Source: Pseudovirgaria hyperparasitica
Taxonomy: Eukaryota
NCBI GenBank assembly: GCA_010093815.1
Contig: ML996566.1
Direction: 5' to 3' (one strand)
DNA length: 64,000 nt
The translations under genes were made by a program, and so were the position numbers. Shown here one piece after another: positions 1-13,300 of this stretch. Each line of letters starts with the position of its first letter. Position 1 is the stretch's first letter. A model generated the notes under the pieces. The model made no database searches, was not told the origin of the DNA, and saw only the letters and a program-made list of their open reading frames with translations.

Positions 1-470
1 ATATATATATAGCTTATATTATTATAGAGATTCTAGTAGTCTATATAGATAGTACTCTATTAAAATTAGAGTATAAGACTATTTTTAATATTAATATCTC
101 TTTATTAATAGAGAGAGAGAAAATATCTTTTATCTTTCTTAGTAGACCTATAGTAGAATTCTAAGAAGAGTATTATTCTAAAGTTTTATATAAGTATAGC
201 TATTATTAATAGCTATATATAGATTATCTTTTATCTAGAATCTAGTAGTCTATAGAGATAGTACCTTATTAAATTAAAAGTATTTAAACTTTAATACCTC
301 TTATAGATAGAACTAGAAGAAATATTCTTTATCTTTCTTAATAAATCTATAGTAGAATTCTATAAAGGGTATTATTCTAAAATTTTAAGAGAGTATAGCT
401 ATTACTAATAGCTATATATAGCTTATCTTATATAAAAAGTAGTAGTATTCTATATAAAGTTAACTAGTAT
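1..470. repeat. Degenerate ~200-bp tandem repeat (about 2.3 copies)
   Basis: 'tatctttctta..ctatagtagaattcta..gtattattctaaa..gtatagctatta.taatagctatatatag' at ~131-222 recurs at ~330-421. 'ctagtagtctata.agatagtac' occurs at ~33 and ~242. Confidence 0.7.
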
Positions 471-807
471 AGACTCTAAATTTAGTACTAAGCTATTTAT
501 ATACTATTTATATCTTATAAGTATAAATAGGGAGTTAATAATATATATATAGTCTATTCACGCCCTATTAATAAGTAAGTAAATACCTAGTATATAGCTA
601 CCTAATTAACTAGGGATATACCGGTCCTAGAGGGGTATAAATAATATACTAACTAGTAGACTAAACTATCTCTCCTATATACTCGACTATAAATCTAATA
701 TCTAAGGAGGTATAGAGATAGATAGAAGTTAATGTATAAACCGTAATAATAGACTAGAGAATAGTACCTAACTTACTATACGATTATATATATCGCGTCT
801 AGTCTAA

Positions 808-1183
808 AATAATAATGATTACTACCACAAGGTAATAATGAAAATCACTACTATAAGATAATAAGGATTACTACTACTACGGTAGTAATTATCATCACCA
901 CGACGGGGCTTATTCATAGTATGGTAGTTATCTACCCGGCACTAAGGGCATAGATATAAAGGGAGCTATCAACTAAGGAATTAAACTATCCTTCGTAAAT
1001 AACCTATAATAGGTTAAATAGGCGGATTCTCTTTAAAATCGTTAATTATAAAGGGTGTATAATCCATAACCTAATAGCGTGCGTTAAGTCTAGTCACGAA
1101 GGCCTATTAGGGGAGGGAGGGTAATGTACACGATAATAATAATAACTATTACTACGGAATAATAATAATTATTACCACGATGG
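808..1183. repeat. Two short arrays of ~24-bp semi-palindromic units near the left end of the element
   Basis: 808-908 has about 4 units such as ggtaataatgaaaatcactac and ggtagtaattatcatcacc. 1132-1183 has about 2 units. Both arrays end in ccacga(c/t)ggg. Confidence 0.6.
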
Positions 1184-1399
1184 GTGGTTAGGGAAGCCTA
1201 GTATCAAGAAATAGTTTCCTATGAGCCCGGTAGAAACAGGTCGGATAACGCTCACTTATAAGCGGTCCGCTTGTAGCTTAACCCTACGCTACTAAAGTTA
1301 AGACTATTATATGGTTTATTATATGCTATTCTAGACGACATATCTAGAAGGTTTACCGTTCTATGTACGCCGACGTACGGACCTATAAGAGTAGCGTTT

Positions 1400-3584
1400 G
1401 TAGTATATTAAATCTTAGGGTATTTAAAGGTTATAGAAGCGTCTAGAATCGGCGATTCTAGGTGCTTATTTATATTAAGTGATGAAGTTCGTAGATACGT
1501 ACGAAAATATAAAGAACTAAGAATTAATAAGACGGCTGAATGCCCACTCTTTTAGTATTACGGTCTAGCTATTAGTCTACGGCTATAGTATTATAGTTAT
1601 GGGCCTACCCTAGTACTAGATTATAATTTACTAATAACTACTTAAATCTTATACGCATGTCCGCACTTAAGAAAAACCCAACCCTTTAACTACTTAAGTC
1701 CATGTCAATATTATTAGGGTCGGTCGAATCTACCAATAAGGGCGGCGGGAAATCTAGGTTAGATCCAGGGAACGCTGTATCATAGTAAAGTTCTTAAACT
1801 ACGTGTTCGTCCTTAAAAGGGCCATAATTAGCAAGATACTATACCTAGGTAGTAAGCAGCCGGTCTTAGTTAATAATAATGCCACTATTAGGCATACTAG
1901 GCTATGTATCGATCGTTGGCTGTTTAGATAGATCTAAGATCCGCGACCTAGAATCACCCTTACCATCCGATACGATAGCATCAGTGCCCTTAGGAGATAT
2001 ATACGATAACGTGGTAGTAATAGTCGGTATAGTTAGCGTAATTAAAGGAAAAACAGGAGGAGGGTTAAGGTCCGTAGAAGGTCCTAGAATCGGCGATTCC
2101 ACACGTTCCTTAGAAATAGTACTAGAGTCTACGAGGGGGTCTAGGGGGTTTATCCATATAGTATTATCGGGCACATTATCTAAAACCTTAGAGGCGTCTA
2201 TAATCGCCAATTCTAGTGCCTCCTCTAGTATCTCATTACTAAGTTTAACGCGCTTAACGGCCTTACTTAAATCGCTATACGACGCTATACGCTTCTTCCT
2301 TATAGTTACTTCGGCTATAGAAGACTTTTCGGCGGTATCAGCTGGCGGCTTCATACGACGTAATAAATCCTCTTCGTCACTCTCGTCGACTTCCTTAGAC
2401 GGGTTAAGGTCGGGATCGTTATACTTTAGCTTATCCCGAACTTACTATGTGGCGAGCTAATACGTAAAGCTAATGTTAGACCAATAATCATAGAAAATTA
2501 GACGACCGAGCGACTCCCTAAGTTAGCAAAGTACGGCGAGTTATCGCTCCTAATAATTAGTAGAAGTCTCGAATCTAGGTTCTTTATATACGGGCTAGGC
2601 GAGCCGAAGACAAAGACCCTCTACGAGAATTTTAGGGCTCCACGTAAGTCTCTCGAGCCGCTTATAGGGTGGAATCAAACGGTAGTATTCCTTAGAGCTA
2701 TAGAAGTATAGATCGATGTAGATATTAGGTCTATAGCCGCCCGCTCTAGCGCCACCTAGTATATATATAATCTTCGCGATAAAAGTAAATCTAGTATAGA
2801 GCTTGCCTTAATTCTCGAGACGCGAAATTCTCTCCGCTATAGCTAACCAGAACTACATAACGTAGTAGTATCTAACCGAGCGGTAGATAATAGGTTTACC
2901 TATTACTAGTCGATCAATAAAGAAAGCTATCGCCTAAGGTCGTAGACACCTACTAGGAAGCTTTGGGTCGTTAGAGATTATAAAGTTACTATCGTTTTTT
3001 TTGCGCTTTGGCGCTTTGGCCTTTTTTATAGCTGCGGCTATAACTAGAGTAGTGCTAGTCGGCTTTACGGTATCGGTTTAGTTTACCTTTAATCTTTTCG
3101 ATGGCGTTCTAACTACTTTCCAGACTTTAGATTTTAACGGTATTCGCGGTAGTAGCAAGTTAGAGGCATCGGGTTCGGAATCCGGATTATTAGGAAGTTC
3201 GCCATCTATAGGCGGAGGTATAGAACCTAAATCATTAGTATTATCTTCGGGTTCCTTTACCGAAGATAGTTCCGTAGTAGAGTATAGCGTTTCTATAGTC
3301 GGCTCTTTTACTACTATACTATTCTTAAGTAGCGGTGCGGTCTTAGACGTTTTACCGGTCTTACTTATAATAGAATCGGCGGTATTTTTAGTCTTAGAAC
3401 CCTTCTTCTTCTTCTTCGCGGGGGATAGTTTATTAGTTACTAGAGGACGGGCTACCACGGCTCGACCATATATAACGTTATCCCTAATTATATCCTCAAC
3501 GAAACGTGTACGGTTAGTATAAACTTCCTAAGATAGAGCTAACTTAATACTAGCGGCGCGAGCCGCATGTACACGAGGTGTCAT
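1400..3584 (-). pseudogene. RIP-degraded orphan gene (Lys/Pro/Ser-rich, unknown function); 3' end uncertain
   Basis: ATG at 3584 (MTPRVHAARAA...) is in frame with ORF 3078-3458, which has a KKKKK basic patch. Coding-like sequence continues through ORF 1902-2354, probably across an intron near 2450-2500. Confidence 0.5.
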
Positions 3585-3614
3585 CGGTATATATTAGATA
3601 GGTAGTTCTACGGT

Positions 3615-3739
3615 AGACGGTTAGTATAGAACATATATATCTTAAGAAGGGCCTGGAATCGTCGATCGTAGACGGTTATAGGGAACATATATATCTTAAG
3701 AGGGGTCTAGAATCGTCGATCCTAGACGGTTATAGGGAA
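3615..3739. repeat. 54-bp tandem repeat (about 2.3 copies) containing the 19-bp palindrome
   Basis: agacggtta..g.aacatatatatcttaaga.ggg.ct(g/a)gaatcgtcgatc.t is repeated. The palindrome copies start at 3653 and 3707, 54 bp apart. Confidence 0.85.
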
Positions 3740-3879
3740 AGACTATAGAGTATATATAATAACGAATGCGCGGGTATTGGAATCGCTAATCCCAAGGATC
3801 ACTAAAGCCGGGATTTAATATACCTAGAAACTTAATAGCGCGCGTTTCGATCGACGGGAATACAATACTAAAGGATATT

Positions 3880-4556
3880 AGTAGATGATAGTAATTCGTA
3901 TGATTAGAAACCCACTAGACAATAGGTATAATATTAAGTATATCCTCCGCCAATAGCACGACGAGTAAGATATCAAATGGTATTTTATCATTATTAGAGT
4001 CCTCGAAAGCCATTCGTATACCGAGAAGGGTAGAATAGGCTCCGGCGTCTATAGCCCATCTATACTTCGATATTCTAAGGATAGGATAAAGAATCCGAGC
4101 GACGCTACTAACATCCGGGTCCTAATGATTAACCGTAGTTTCGACGATGCTTTTATACAAACCTCTTAGAACGTTACAACGTTTTTTTATATCCGACTTC
4201 GTCTTTACACATGTTAGTATAGCCACGTGTATAATGATTTTTATATTAAGATTATATGGCTCCATTACTAGAATTTCCTCAGATTCCAAAACCTTATAAT
4301 CCATGAGGGCGGCCACGAGTTCCGGACCGGCTCCTTTACGGATAACTACGTTAATACCACCGAAACGCTTAGCATCCAATTACCTCTACGTAGCGTTCAC
4401 CAAACAGACGTCCTTCTCTAGTATCTATATAATATTACCGACCACGAACTTTACGCTATTCATACGTGACGGTATTAGTTTTTTATAAGATTAATAGAAA
4501 CGATCGTTCCCTACTAGATTGTTCAGGTCTTAAAGTATCTATTAGGCATAGCATAT
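3880..4556 (-). pseudogene. RIP-degraded orphan gene
   Basis: ORF 4122-4379 extends in both directions through isolated TAG/TAA stops as protein-like sequence (...SRMNSVKFVVG... and ...DPDVSSVARILYP...RWAIDAGAYS...). Confidence 0.4.
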
Positions 4557-5399
4557 GGATCTAGAAGTTTTAGCCGGTTCCGAAGGTCTAGTATCTTCCA
4601 CGGGTGGCGGAGCTAATTATACCGCCTTCCCTTTTCCTTTGCTTAGCTTAGTCAGAAGGCTCTAATCGCCTACCATTTTATTAAACCTATATAATCTATT
4701 TAGAGGCGTCTATGAATTACGATTACTAATAAGATAAACGAACGAATTATAAGACTTATTAACGTATACAAGAGTAAGTAAGTTAATATAGAAGAGAAAA
4801 AATTATAAGGTGGTATATATTCATATACCTTCGTGCAAATACTAAGCTAGTCTTATTTAGGTAGTAACATTATAAAAGTGAATAGAGGTTAATGAACCGG
4901 ATACAATATAGATAAGTAGTAAAGTAAAGTAATACTAAGTAAATGAAATGAACCCTCCCTTACGTCGCGTAAGTCGGAATAACGTAATACTAGTTCGAAG
5001 CCTATACTTACGTATACTAAGATGTTACTAGAAGTAAAAGGCTGTCGGCGCTCAACGTTTCCAGACGCCTCTAGTACAGAGTAGAACCACGTTTTAAAGG
5101 TATAGAAAACGAGTATAGGAATACTTAACGGAGCGTATAAGACAGTATTAGAAATTATAATAATATTTAACTAGGCGTCGATTATGAAAGTAAGGAGATA
5201 TAATAAGCCATAAGGACGACCATCCTTATATAGACTATTAAAGGAAAGATACTAGTAGCCACGAACACAATAAAATAACCAGTAGAATATAAATACACGC
5301 TATTAAAGAAAAGTACCAACCATAGACGCGACTAGAAACGCCGATTCCAATCCCTCCTAGAAGATAGTTAAGCCTTACCATTATCTCCACCTATGTTTA

Positions 5400-8300
5400 T
5401 TAGTATCTCATCTATTATAAACTACTCTACTATATAAGTAGTCTAGTCCTTATTAACGAATCGTTCGGTAGCGTGTTCTATTAGGAAGAGGTCTTTATAG
5501 TCTTCGATTAACTATATTATACGGATCGTAGGCTCTAATATAGATCTTAATAATATTATTTTCTCGCTGGCTTCTCGTAGTAAATGGATCCTATCTCTAC
5601 TATCTACCTCGTCCTTACCATAACTATAGGCACTACGCTTGGTAGGGTCCTTATCTAGGCGGTTATTAGGGCGGCGCATAGTATTACTAATAATGTTAAA
5701 TGTACTAGTAGCCCTCTCCGTTAGATTAGTAACACCTAGCCCCTCGCTTTGGTTAATAACGATACCACGGTTGAATATTAGGAGGCGTTTTATAACTTTA
5801 AGCACGGGAATAGCCGTGGATTCCGGTTTATATAGCTTCTTAAACTCCGGATCGTCTTCATAGATAATTAGACCGAAATCATGGTATACATCTCTAATTA
5901 TAGGATACTAGCCCTTAAGGATAGACGGAATAATAATATCGAGAGTAGTGTCGAGGGTGCCGTCCACGAGACTAGATAGAGTAGTAAACATCTTAGGTAA
6001 TGCTCGGCGAGTCATGGCCATGGACATTTTAGATGCCCATGTGTTTAGCATGTAGTACTTAGAAAGCAGGGTCGGTAAGAGCTATTTAAGTCGAAATATG
6101 CGACCTAAGAGCTGCCGTAGAAGAGCGAGATTAGCTGGATAAGAAAAGAAATGAACATTTCTATTCGCCTTCTATAAATTAAAACTAACCCCTATAATTC
6201 CGTATATATTAACGAACCAATCGATCCGGGAGGGAACTCTATTAATGTCGTCCTAATGGGTATTATCGCCGTCTAAGAACGCACTAGGATTAGCGATTCT
6301 AGGCGCCTCTAGTAGGTCGTCCTTATTACCGGCAATGTCGTTAGGCGTGGTCTTATTAAAGGTAGAGTCTATCTTCTAGTTGAATAGTCTATACTTTTAT
6401 TATCTAGTTAGCGCGTCGTCTTCGGTAAAGACACGTCCGACGTACTTAAAGCCTATTAGCCGTAACATATAATATACTAACTCACGCTTAATAGAATATT
6501 ACACCCATACGATGCCCTTCTCCTGGTACTTAAAGTACTACGTTATAGCTTATATAGCGAGTACTACGAGCCGAGGGGACCAGTTAAATAGAATACCTAG
6601 TAGTGCCACTAGCACGTTCTCTACTTCGTTAACTAGCTTAGTAAGTCCACTCTTAGGATGGCTTCGATCACGAGCTTAGGCGATATTTAGTAGGAAAGCG
6701 TATATCTAACGCGGGCTTACGTTCTTAGAGCCAGGACGAGGGAATTTTAGCTTCTATTCATTATCTTTCCTTAACGCTACTATGTCCCTACGCATGAAAA
6801 AGTGTGAATACCTAATATAGATAATAGTAGATATTAGTACTAAGTTCCGCTGTATGCGGAGTTCAGGCTTAATTCCGAGGGTCGGTGAGGATTCGGCTAA
6901 ATAAGCTTCTTTTGGGTCTCCTTACTAATCTTATCGTACTTAGCCTACACCTCTAGTAGATACGCTACTTTAATCTATACCCTTTCGGCCCGCGGAATAT
7001 AGTTACGGATTAAAGTAGCATTATTATCGCTATACCGTAAGTCGTTCGTGCGGCGAAGTATAAATACTCCGTATATTATACTTAAGTACTAGCCTTATAC
7101 TAGCTCTAATGGCGGCTTAGGATCATTACGGCCGGAACCTAGGTACTAGTACTTAAAGGCCGGAGAAGTTAGATATATACCTAGGACGCGATCTAGTTTT
7201 TCCTACGAAACGTCCGGATATAGTCTTACTATTATCGATAGAAACTTATATAGGTTAGACTTCGCCTTGAATGGCGGCTGTATACCGGAAATACCGTTAA
7301 AATAATCGTTAAGGGATGCGCTCTATTATATAACTTTAAGAAGACCCTATATATTACTAGTAAAGTTATAGACGGGAGTACTAGTCACGAGGACGTAGTA
7401 TTTAATATTAAGCTCGTAGATGGACCGGTTAGTCGTAGAGTTAATATTCCGGAAGCCGTATACTTCGTTAGCTACCGTATAGTCGAAGCACTAAGCGAGG
7501 TTCCAAGGGGCATCATATAGAAAATACTACTTCTCTATATATTTCATTTCTACTAATGCGACGGCGTCCTAATTTCTAGATTTAATGTTCTAGAACTCCG
7601 CGTACCCTCATATTTTCTCTCTCTACCTAGTAAGGCTATAACGGGCGTTAAACGTTGCGTAGGACATTAAGATAATAGTACGGGCGTTAATCTCCTCCGG
7701 TCTAAAGTACTAACTCTTCTATATTAAGATACCTACTAAACGCGTAGTACTAGTAGCTGATTTCCCGACCCTACTATTACCGTAACTAGTAATGACACGG
7801 AAGAGCGAGGAAAAGTCCGTAATCTACTCGGCGGTTTAGGTAAGAAGATTTACGGGTACTAATAGTAGGGCGGGCTTCGGAGAAGATACTAGAATACCCT
7901 TCTCGCGATTAGTGATGCGCTCGTTAATTAACTACATTTTAGTTAGATATATATAGGCGCGTCTAGAATCGGCGATTCTAGAGGCCACTAGGGGAAGGAA
8001 CTTACATGTAGCTAGTGCGCTAAAAGTGTAAATGTTTTACCTAGTCCGACACCATCTACTAATACTACACCCCGTGAAACTAAACTATCCATGCTCTTTC
8101 GGAGCTACTAAGCTCCTATAAGTTACTACTAATATAGAGTAACGCTAGGATTTATATTAAGAATCTAAGGTTTTCGGGTACTAGTAACTCGGAGACCCAC
8201 CGCGGCTATAACATAGTCTTATGGTTGGGCGGCGCCGTTATTACTCTAGTTATTTAACCAATCCTATAGTTTACTTCTCTTCTCGCTACCCGACTTTAAC

Positions 8301-9853
8301 TAATCCATAATTAGTACTATATTACTAAGATCCGTGTTAATGCGTGCGGTGATTACCGCCTTATTATTATTTACTTAAATAACCTCGTTAGTTTTAATCT
8401 CGGAGATCTTTTAAGTACCGCTTAAGCCCTTTATAAGATTCTTAATAGTAAGGTAAGAGTAGTACGGACACGTTTCTAGTTTAAGATAATCCGGATTAAC
8501 GACGTTACGATCCTTATAAGTTACTATAAGCATGGCCTAGAGCTCTTCTTTGGAGGGGAGACTCTCGAGATATAATCTAGCGAACACACGCCGATCGCCT
8601 ATATTAATGCCCTCGTCTTCGACTATAAATTCTAGATTATTATAGGTATCTATTAATACTCCCGATGGATTTAGACCGTGTTTCTATATATTAGTCCACG
8701 CTTTAGTATGGTACTCGGGTAATTTTTTCCTTAGTGCCTTTATAGGCTTTAAGGAACGTTTTAGTTTTACTAGGGTAGCTATAGGTCCTTCTTTTATAGT
8801 AGTATCTAGTATAGCTAGTGCGTCTAGCATGGGTGCGTCGAGGAGCGAGTTCGGATCTATTACTTAGATGTCTTCTATCGGGTCCTAATCTATAGTATCG
8901 CTAGTATTCTTACTAAGTTCCCTATTCCGGTTAGTGGTAGAGTTACCATCGGCGGCTTAGTGTTAATCTAAACGCCTTCTAGCTTTTTTCTTAGAAGGGC
9001 CTATAATCGTCGATCCTAGACGGGCCTATAGAGTGATTAGTAGATGAGTAGGGGGAACCTAGTTAGTAGGAACTTTCCGAGGCATTATAGACATCTACCT
9101 CGCGTTAGTATAGATAATTTTCATACGAAAGTTATCCTCGTATTCTTGCCCTTAGTTACGGGCATGGCGTCGGTATTTAAGTATATCGTTAAATAGAAGA
9201 TATTTATCGTTCTCCGATATACGCATTCGCGAAAGAGGATTCGTACGATTAGAAGATAGCTTAAGATCTATCCGGAGAATAAGAGACGCGCGCCACTAGT
9301 AATCTTCCTATTTACTACGACTAGCGGCTATTACTATAAGGTAATGGGCACGGTCTTCTTTAATAAGTTCTATAGCTAAAGTAAACTAGCTAAACGGATG
9401 CGAACCTTCTAGAATCCACGGGTTAAAGAACTCTACATAGTATTCATTAAGTAAGGCGTTAACTTTAGGATCCTAGAATAAAATGGCTGCTTTAACCACG
9501 CTAATTCCGAGGTTAGAGGTAATCTTACTAAGGCGACGGTCCTTTTCTAGCCTAGGTTCCTTTTTACGCTCCTATCTAGCCTCTTTTCCCGGCTTTGGCT
9601 CGATAGATGCGCCTTTTCCTACTTCGCCTGCTTCCTCCTCTATAGTAGCGACCTTAAGAAATCGCTCTATGGCTTTAGAATTATAGTCTATTAAGCTACT
9701 ACCTACGATAAGAGCGGATAAGGTGGTATATTTCTTCTATAACGCTGCTCTGGTTTCGCGAATCTCTTTAGTAGCTATATCTAAAAACGGATCGAGAAAA
9801 TTATTATCTTCTTTCTCTTATGCTTAAATATTAACTAGAAGAAAAGGAGCCAT
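5400..9853 (-). pseudogene. SNF2/SWI2-family helicase-like ATPase, RIP-inactivated (the N-terminal part may be a separate gene)
   Basis: Motifs in order: Walker A RGVVL(V/A)DGVGLGKT (~8030-8075); GTAAGT..CTAAC..TAG intron ~7932-8005; Ia KPALLLVPVNLL (~7850); motif II ANEVYGFRN = A[D]E[AH]GFRN (~7460); III VLVT(S/G)TPVYN (~7380); EKGIVWV (~6510); V GVSFNL*KAN (~6175); VI RQLLGRIFRL (~6100). Confidence 0.85.
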
Positions 9854-10350
9854 GATCTCTAGAAGGGTCTGTAAACGGCGATCGGTGGGTTAAATATATA
9901 TATATCGAAAAAATGAGATTACGTAAGAAAATAGTAAAATGATATAGGAGAGATGGAGAGAGTTAATGGAAATAATATATATAAATATATATTTTGGGTC
10001 TTATCACGTGTTATTACATAACCTTCTTATGTTACGTTATAACGTGTTACAAGTGAAGTGAATTAACCTATCGGTTTTATTAGAAATTCCAGCCCCTACT
10101 CTAGAAATCGCTATTTATAGGGTGCCCTATAGTTAAGGTCGTAGATTCTAGTTCTTATACTCTTATACTAAATGCGTAACTACGTTACTAGGAGAATTCT
10201 TTTCACGTCTCCCTCTTTATATTCTATTTAATATAGGGCGACGTGGATTAAGAGTACTAACTTATGGACGTTATCTATAGGCATTAAGATACTCTATAGA
10301 CTTTATATACTTCTAGACTTAAACTATAATAACTATAAATTCTACCGACC

Positions 10351-13300
10351 CTATCGACTAACATCTATAACTAGTGGAGTACCCTAATTAAATTCTAGAA
10401 TAGCATTCGTAATTTCATACGCCCCCTCTCGCCGCTTACGCTATAGCTAACGGGCTAATTCACTAGAGTCCCATGCACCTTCTCTTATTACCATTGGTAG
10501 TTGGCCCGTTTTCGAAATTCCAAACCCTTCTAACCGGGTAGCCTATTATCTAGATAGGTGGACTACTATTACGCTAAGAGCTCGATATAAACCAAATTTC
10601 TATATATACTTAATATTTCCCGGGAGCCGACGGAACCCTAGTTATCCCTCCAGTCTAGGCTCCCACCACGGATATAGAATTTATAGCTAGTAATAGGTGA
10701 AGTAGTACACGTGTTTGGGCATGATATTACTCTTTCGCATTTGGTCGGCTAGTACACGCTTAACCATGTCTATAAGTCGTCTATTATCTAAGTAGTACGT
10801 AGTATAGACTCCACTATTAGTACCGCATACATCGTAATAACTGGCCTACCATCGTCTCTACTCGGATAATAACTAGACGAGACTTATATATTATCTATTT
10901 TATAGACGACGTTCTTATGCTACCAGTTTCATAGACTATTATTATATAAACATTCGTTGATTATAAGTGTCCTCGCCCACGTAATCTTCGTCTAGACACG
11001 CACTAGGAAGTTCTAATACCCGCCCTTTCGCTGGTCTTCCTGCCTCGTCTATACTATTACCATGTACACGTGCTTATTTCATCTTATTCCACGTATAAGG
11101 CGGCTGGCGCGACGGTTAATTGGTCTAGGGTAGGTCGGGTTAACTATTTAAGGAACCCATAGGTGAGCTACTAGGAAGGTCTAGGATCGCCGATTCTAGA
11201 TCCTCCTAGAGGGTCTCTAAATGTAGTAGGAATGTTAATAGGGTAGGATCGCATACATCGTACTTCTCTTTAACCCCGTTATAGCTCTTTCTACTAAACG
11301 ACCCGTCGAGATACTCGTCTAGGAACACCCTACGACACCCTATCTAGTTTATATAAGTAAGTATCATCGCGTTCTTAGTAGTGGCTTCTTCTATCTTTAC
11401 GAAGATAGCGAGGCTTCTCGTTAGGTAGTCGCGACCGGCCCGGCCGCTTTCTTATATATAGTCTAGGAATGAAGAAGGAGCGCCTAAGTGTATCACGACG
11501 CGAATAGTAGCTAGGTTAACACCTAGGCCGAGAGCGTTTATAGTAACTATGATACCTTCTTCTTCGGCGATAAATCCGTTAAGGACCTACTCCTTAGCTA
11601 TACTCTCTTAATAGTACGCATTATAACCAAGCTCCCCTACGAGGCTAATAGCTTACGTGACCATAGGCGTAAAGACGAGACATCTACCGGTAATGCCCTA
11701 TCTAATACGTCGCACGTATTCCGCTTAACTACGGGTACCTCGAGCCTTCTTAGGTAGGCTCCTAAGCGTATACGTAATATTAGGCCGAGTTATAGCTTCG
11801 CGGTGGATGAATACATCTCTAGCGTTTATATATATGGCTTTCTATAGCCCTACTTTATCATCGGGTGGTAGGGTTATACTTAGGAGTATAATCTACACCT
11901 CTAGGTTAACTATTATTTAGATGTCGCGAAAGGCCGGCCGGAACTAGTTATTATTAATGATATAGTGGTACTTATCGATAATCACACGGTCGAGTAGTCC
12001 TAGGCTATTTATATGGTTTATAAACTATATGAACGGTTCGCCTTTTATAGACTCGGGCGTAATAATAATAATAGATATCCCGTAAGGGGGGTGCGTAGGG
12101 TCGAATGCTTCTATAGTAATACTACTATTATAATAACGGCGGATAAGGTTATCTCGAAGGGCCTTTAGCGGGATAATAACTAGTATTACTCTATCTAGTA
12201 CTATTAACGCAGCTAATATGAAAGGTAGACTTTTACCTAAGGTAGTCGGCTATATAACTAGTATCGGACTACGGCCTTCGACTAGCCCGGTAAATACCTT
12301 TTCTTATTAGGGTTATATTCTAGCGTTTTCATTACGGAGTACGACCTTAATAGTCTTATACGGGTCCTTCTCCCGGAGTGCAGCCTAATGGTAAGCCCGT
12401 GCTTATAAAATTCGTGTCTAGCTAGGTGTAACCTTATCGAACATAGATACCCCGATCTCGTGCTACTATACGCGACTAATCTAGAAGTACCTCTCTATTA
12501 CCGTCTTTACCGCACTAAACGGGCTACTTATATCACGACTATACGCGATCTAGATAATCTTTATACTATGACTAGCTTACTTATTAAGGATAGCGGTTAG
12601 ACTATTATCTCGGGTACCCGGATTCTAGTCCTCGTTCTATAGACTATTCTTATTAGCCTCGTCTATATAGTTAATCTCGTACTTCTAAAGCTTACGCTTT
12701 ATAATTGTAATCACGACTTAACGATAGTCTATAATACCCATGTTAACTACTCCTATACTAAGATGTATCTATTCCCTTATCGCATGGCTTATACGCTCGC
12801 TAGTCTAGTACGGTAATAGCTATATATGTATAGGGACGACTATCTATGTTAGATCCATGAATCTCTCGAGTTATTCCTTCCACGGGATAACTAACCAAAG
12901 ATACCATATTAGAATATTATATACGACCGGCGGTAGATATCGAAGAATTAGGCGGATATCTCCTTTACGTATATACCCTTTATGGTACTTTATTATAATG
13001 TAAAGCTTATTACTATAAAGAATAATATTACGTATATCACCCTATCGCGTGTTACGGTACCGTATACTTAGGATTTCTAGTCCGCGTGTAGGCTGTCTAG
13101 CTATTATATAGATAAGAATAAGTAGCTAACTAAGAAAGACTCGAATCTATTCGAGCTAGTCTTATGCTTTTTGTGTATCTAACTCTCCTCTGGTAAAGAA
13201 CGCTAACTGTATATTCTAGTCCTTTTTAACTCGCCTTCTAAACCATGAGGACTACTCCTAGAGGCACGCTAACTAAAGGAAGCTATACCTGATTATGTTA

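Noticed and set aside
1268..1286. TAACCC/TTAGGG telomere-like hexamers here and at ~18633
   Set aside because: Isolated single copies; there is no telomeric array in the window.
1879..2460. 193-aa plus-strand ORF, and the other short plus-strand ORFs in the RIP block (4303, 5639, 9483, 13295)
   Set aside because: These are antisense shadows of the minus-strand pseudogenes, with Ile/Leu/Ser-biased RIP composition.
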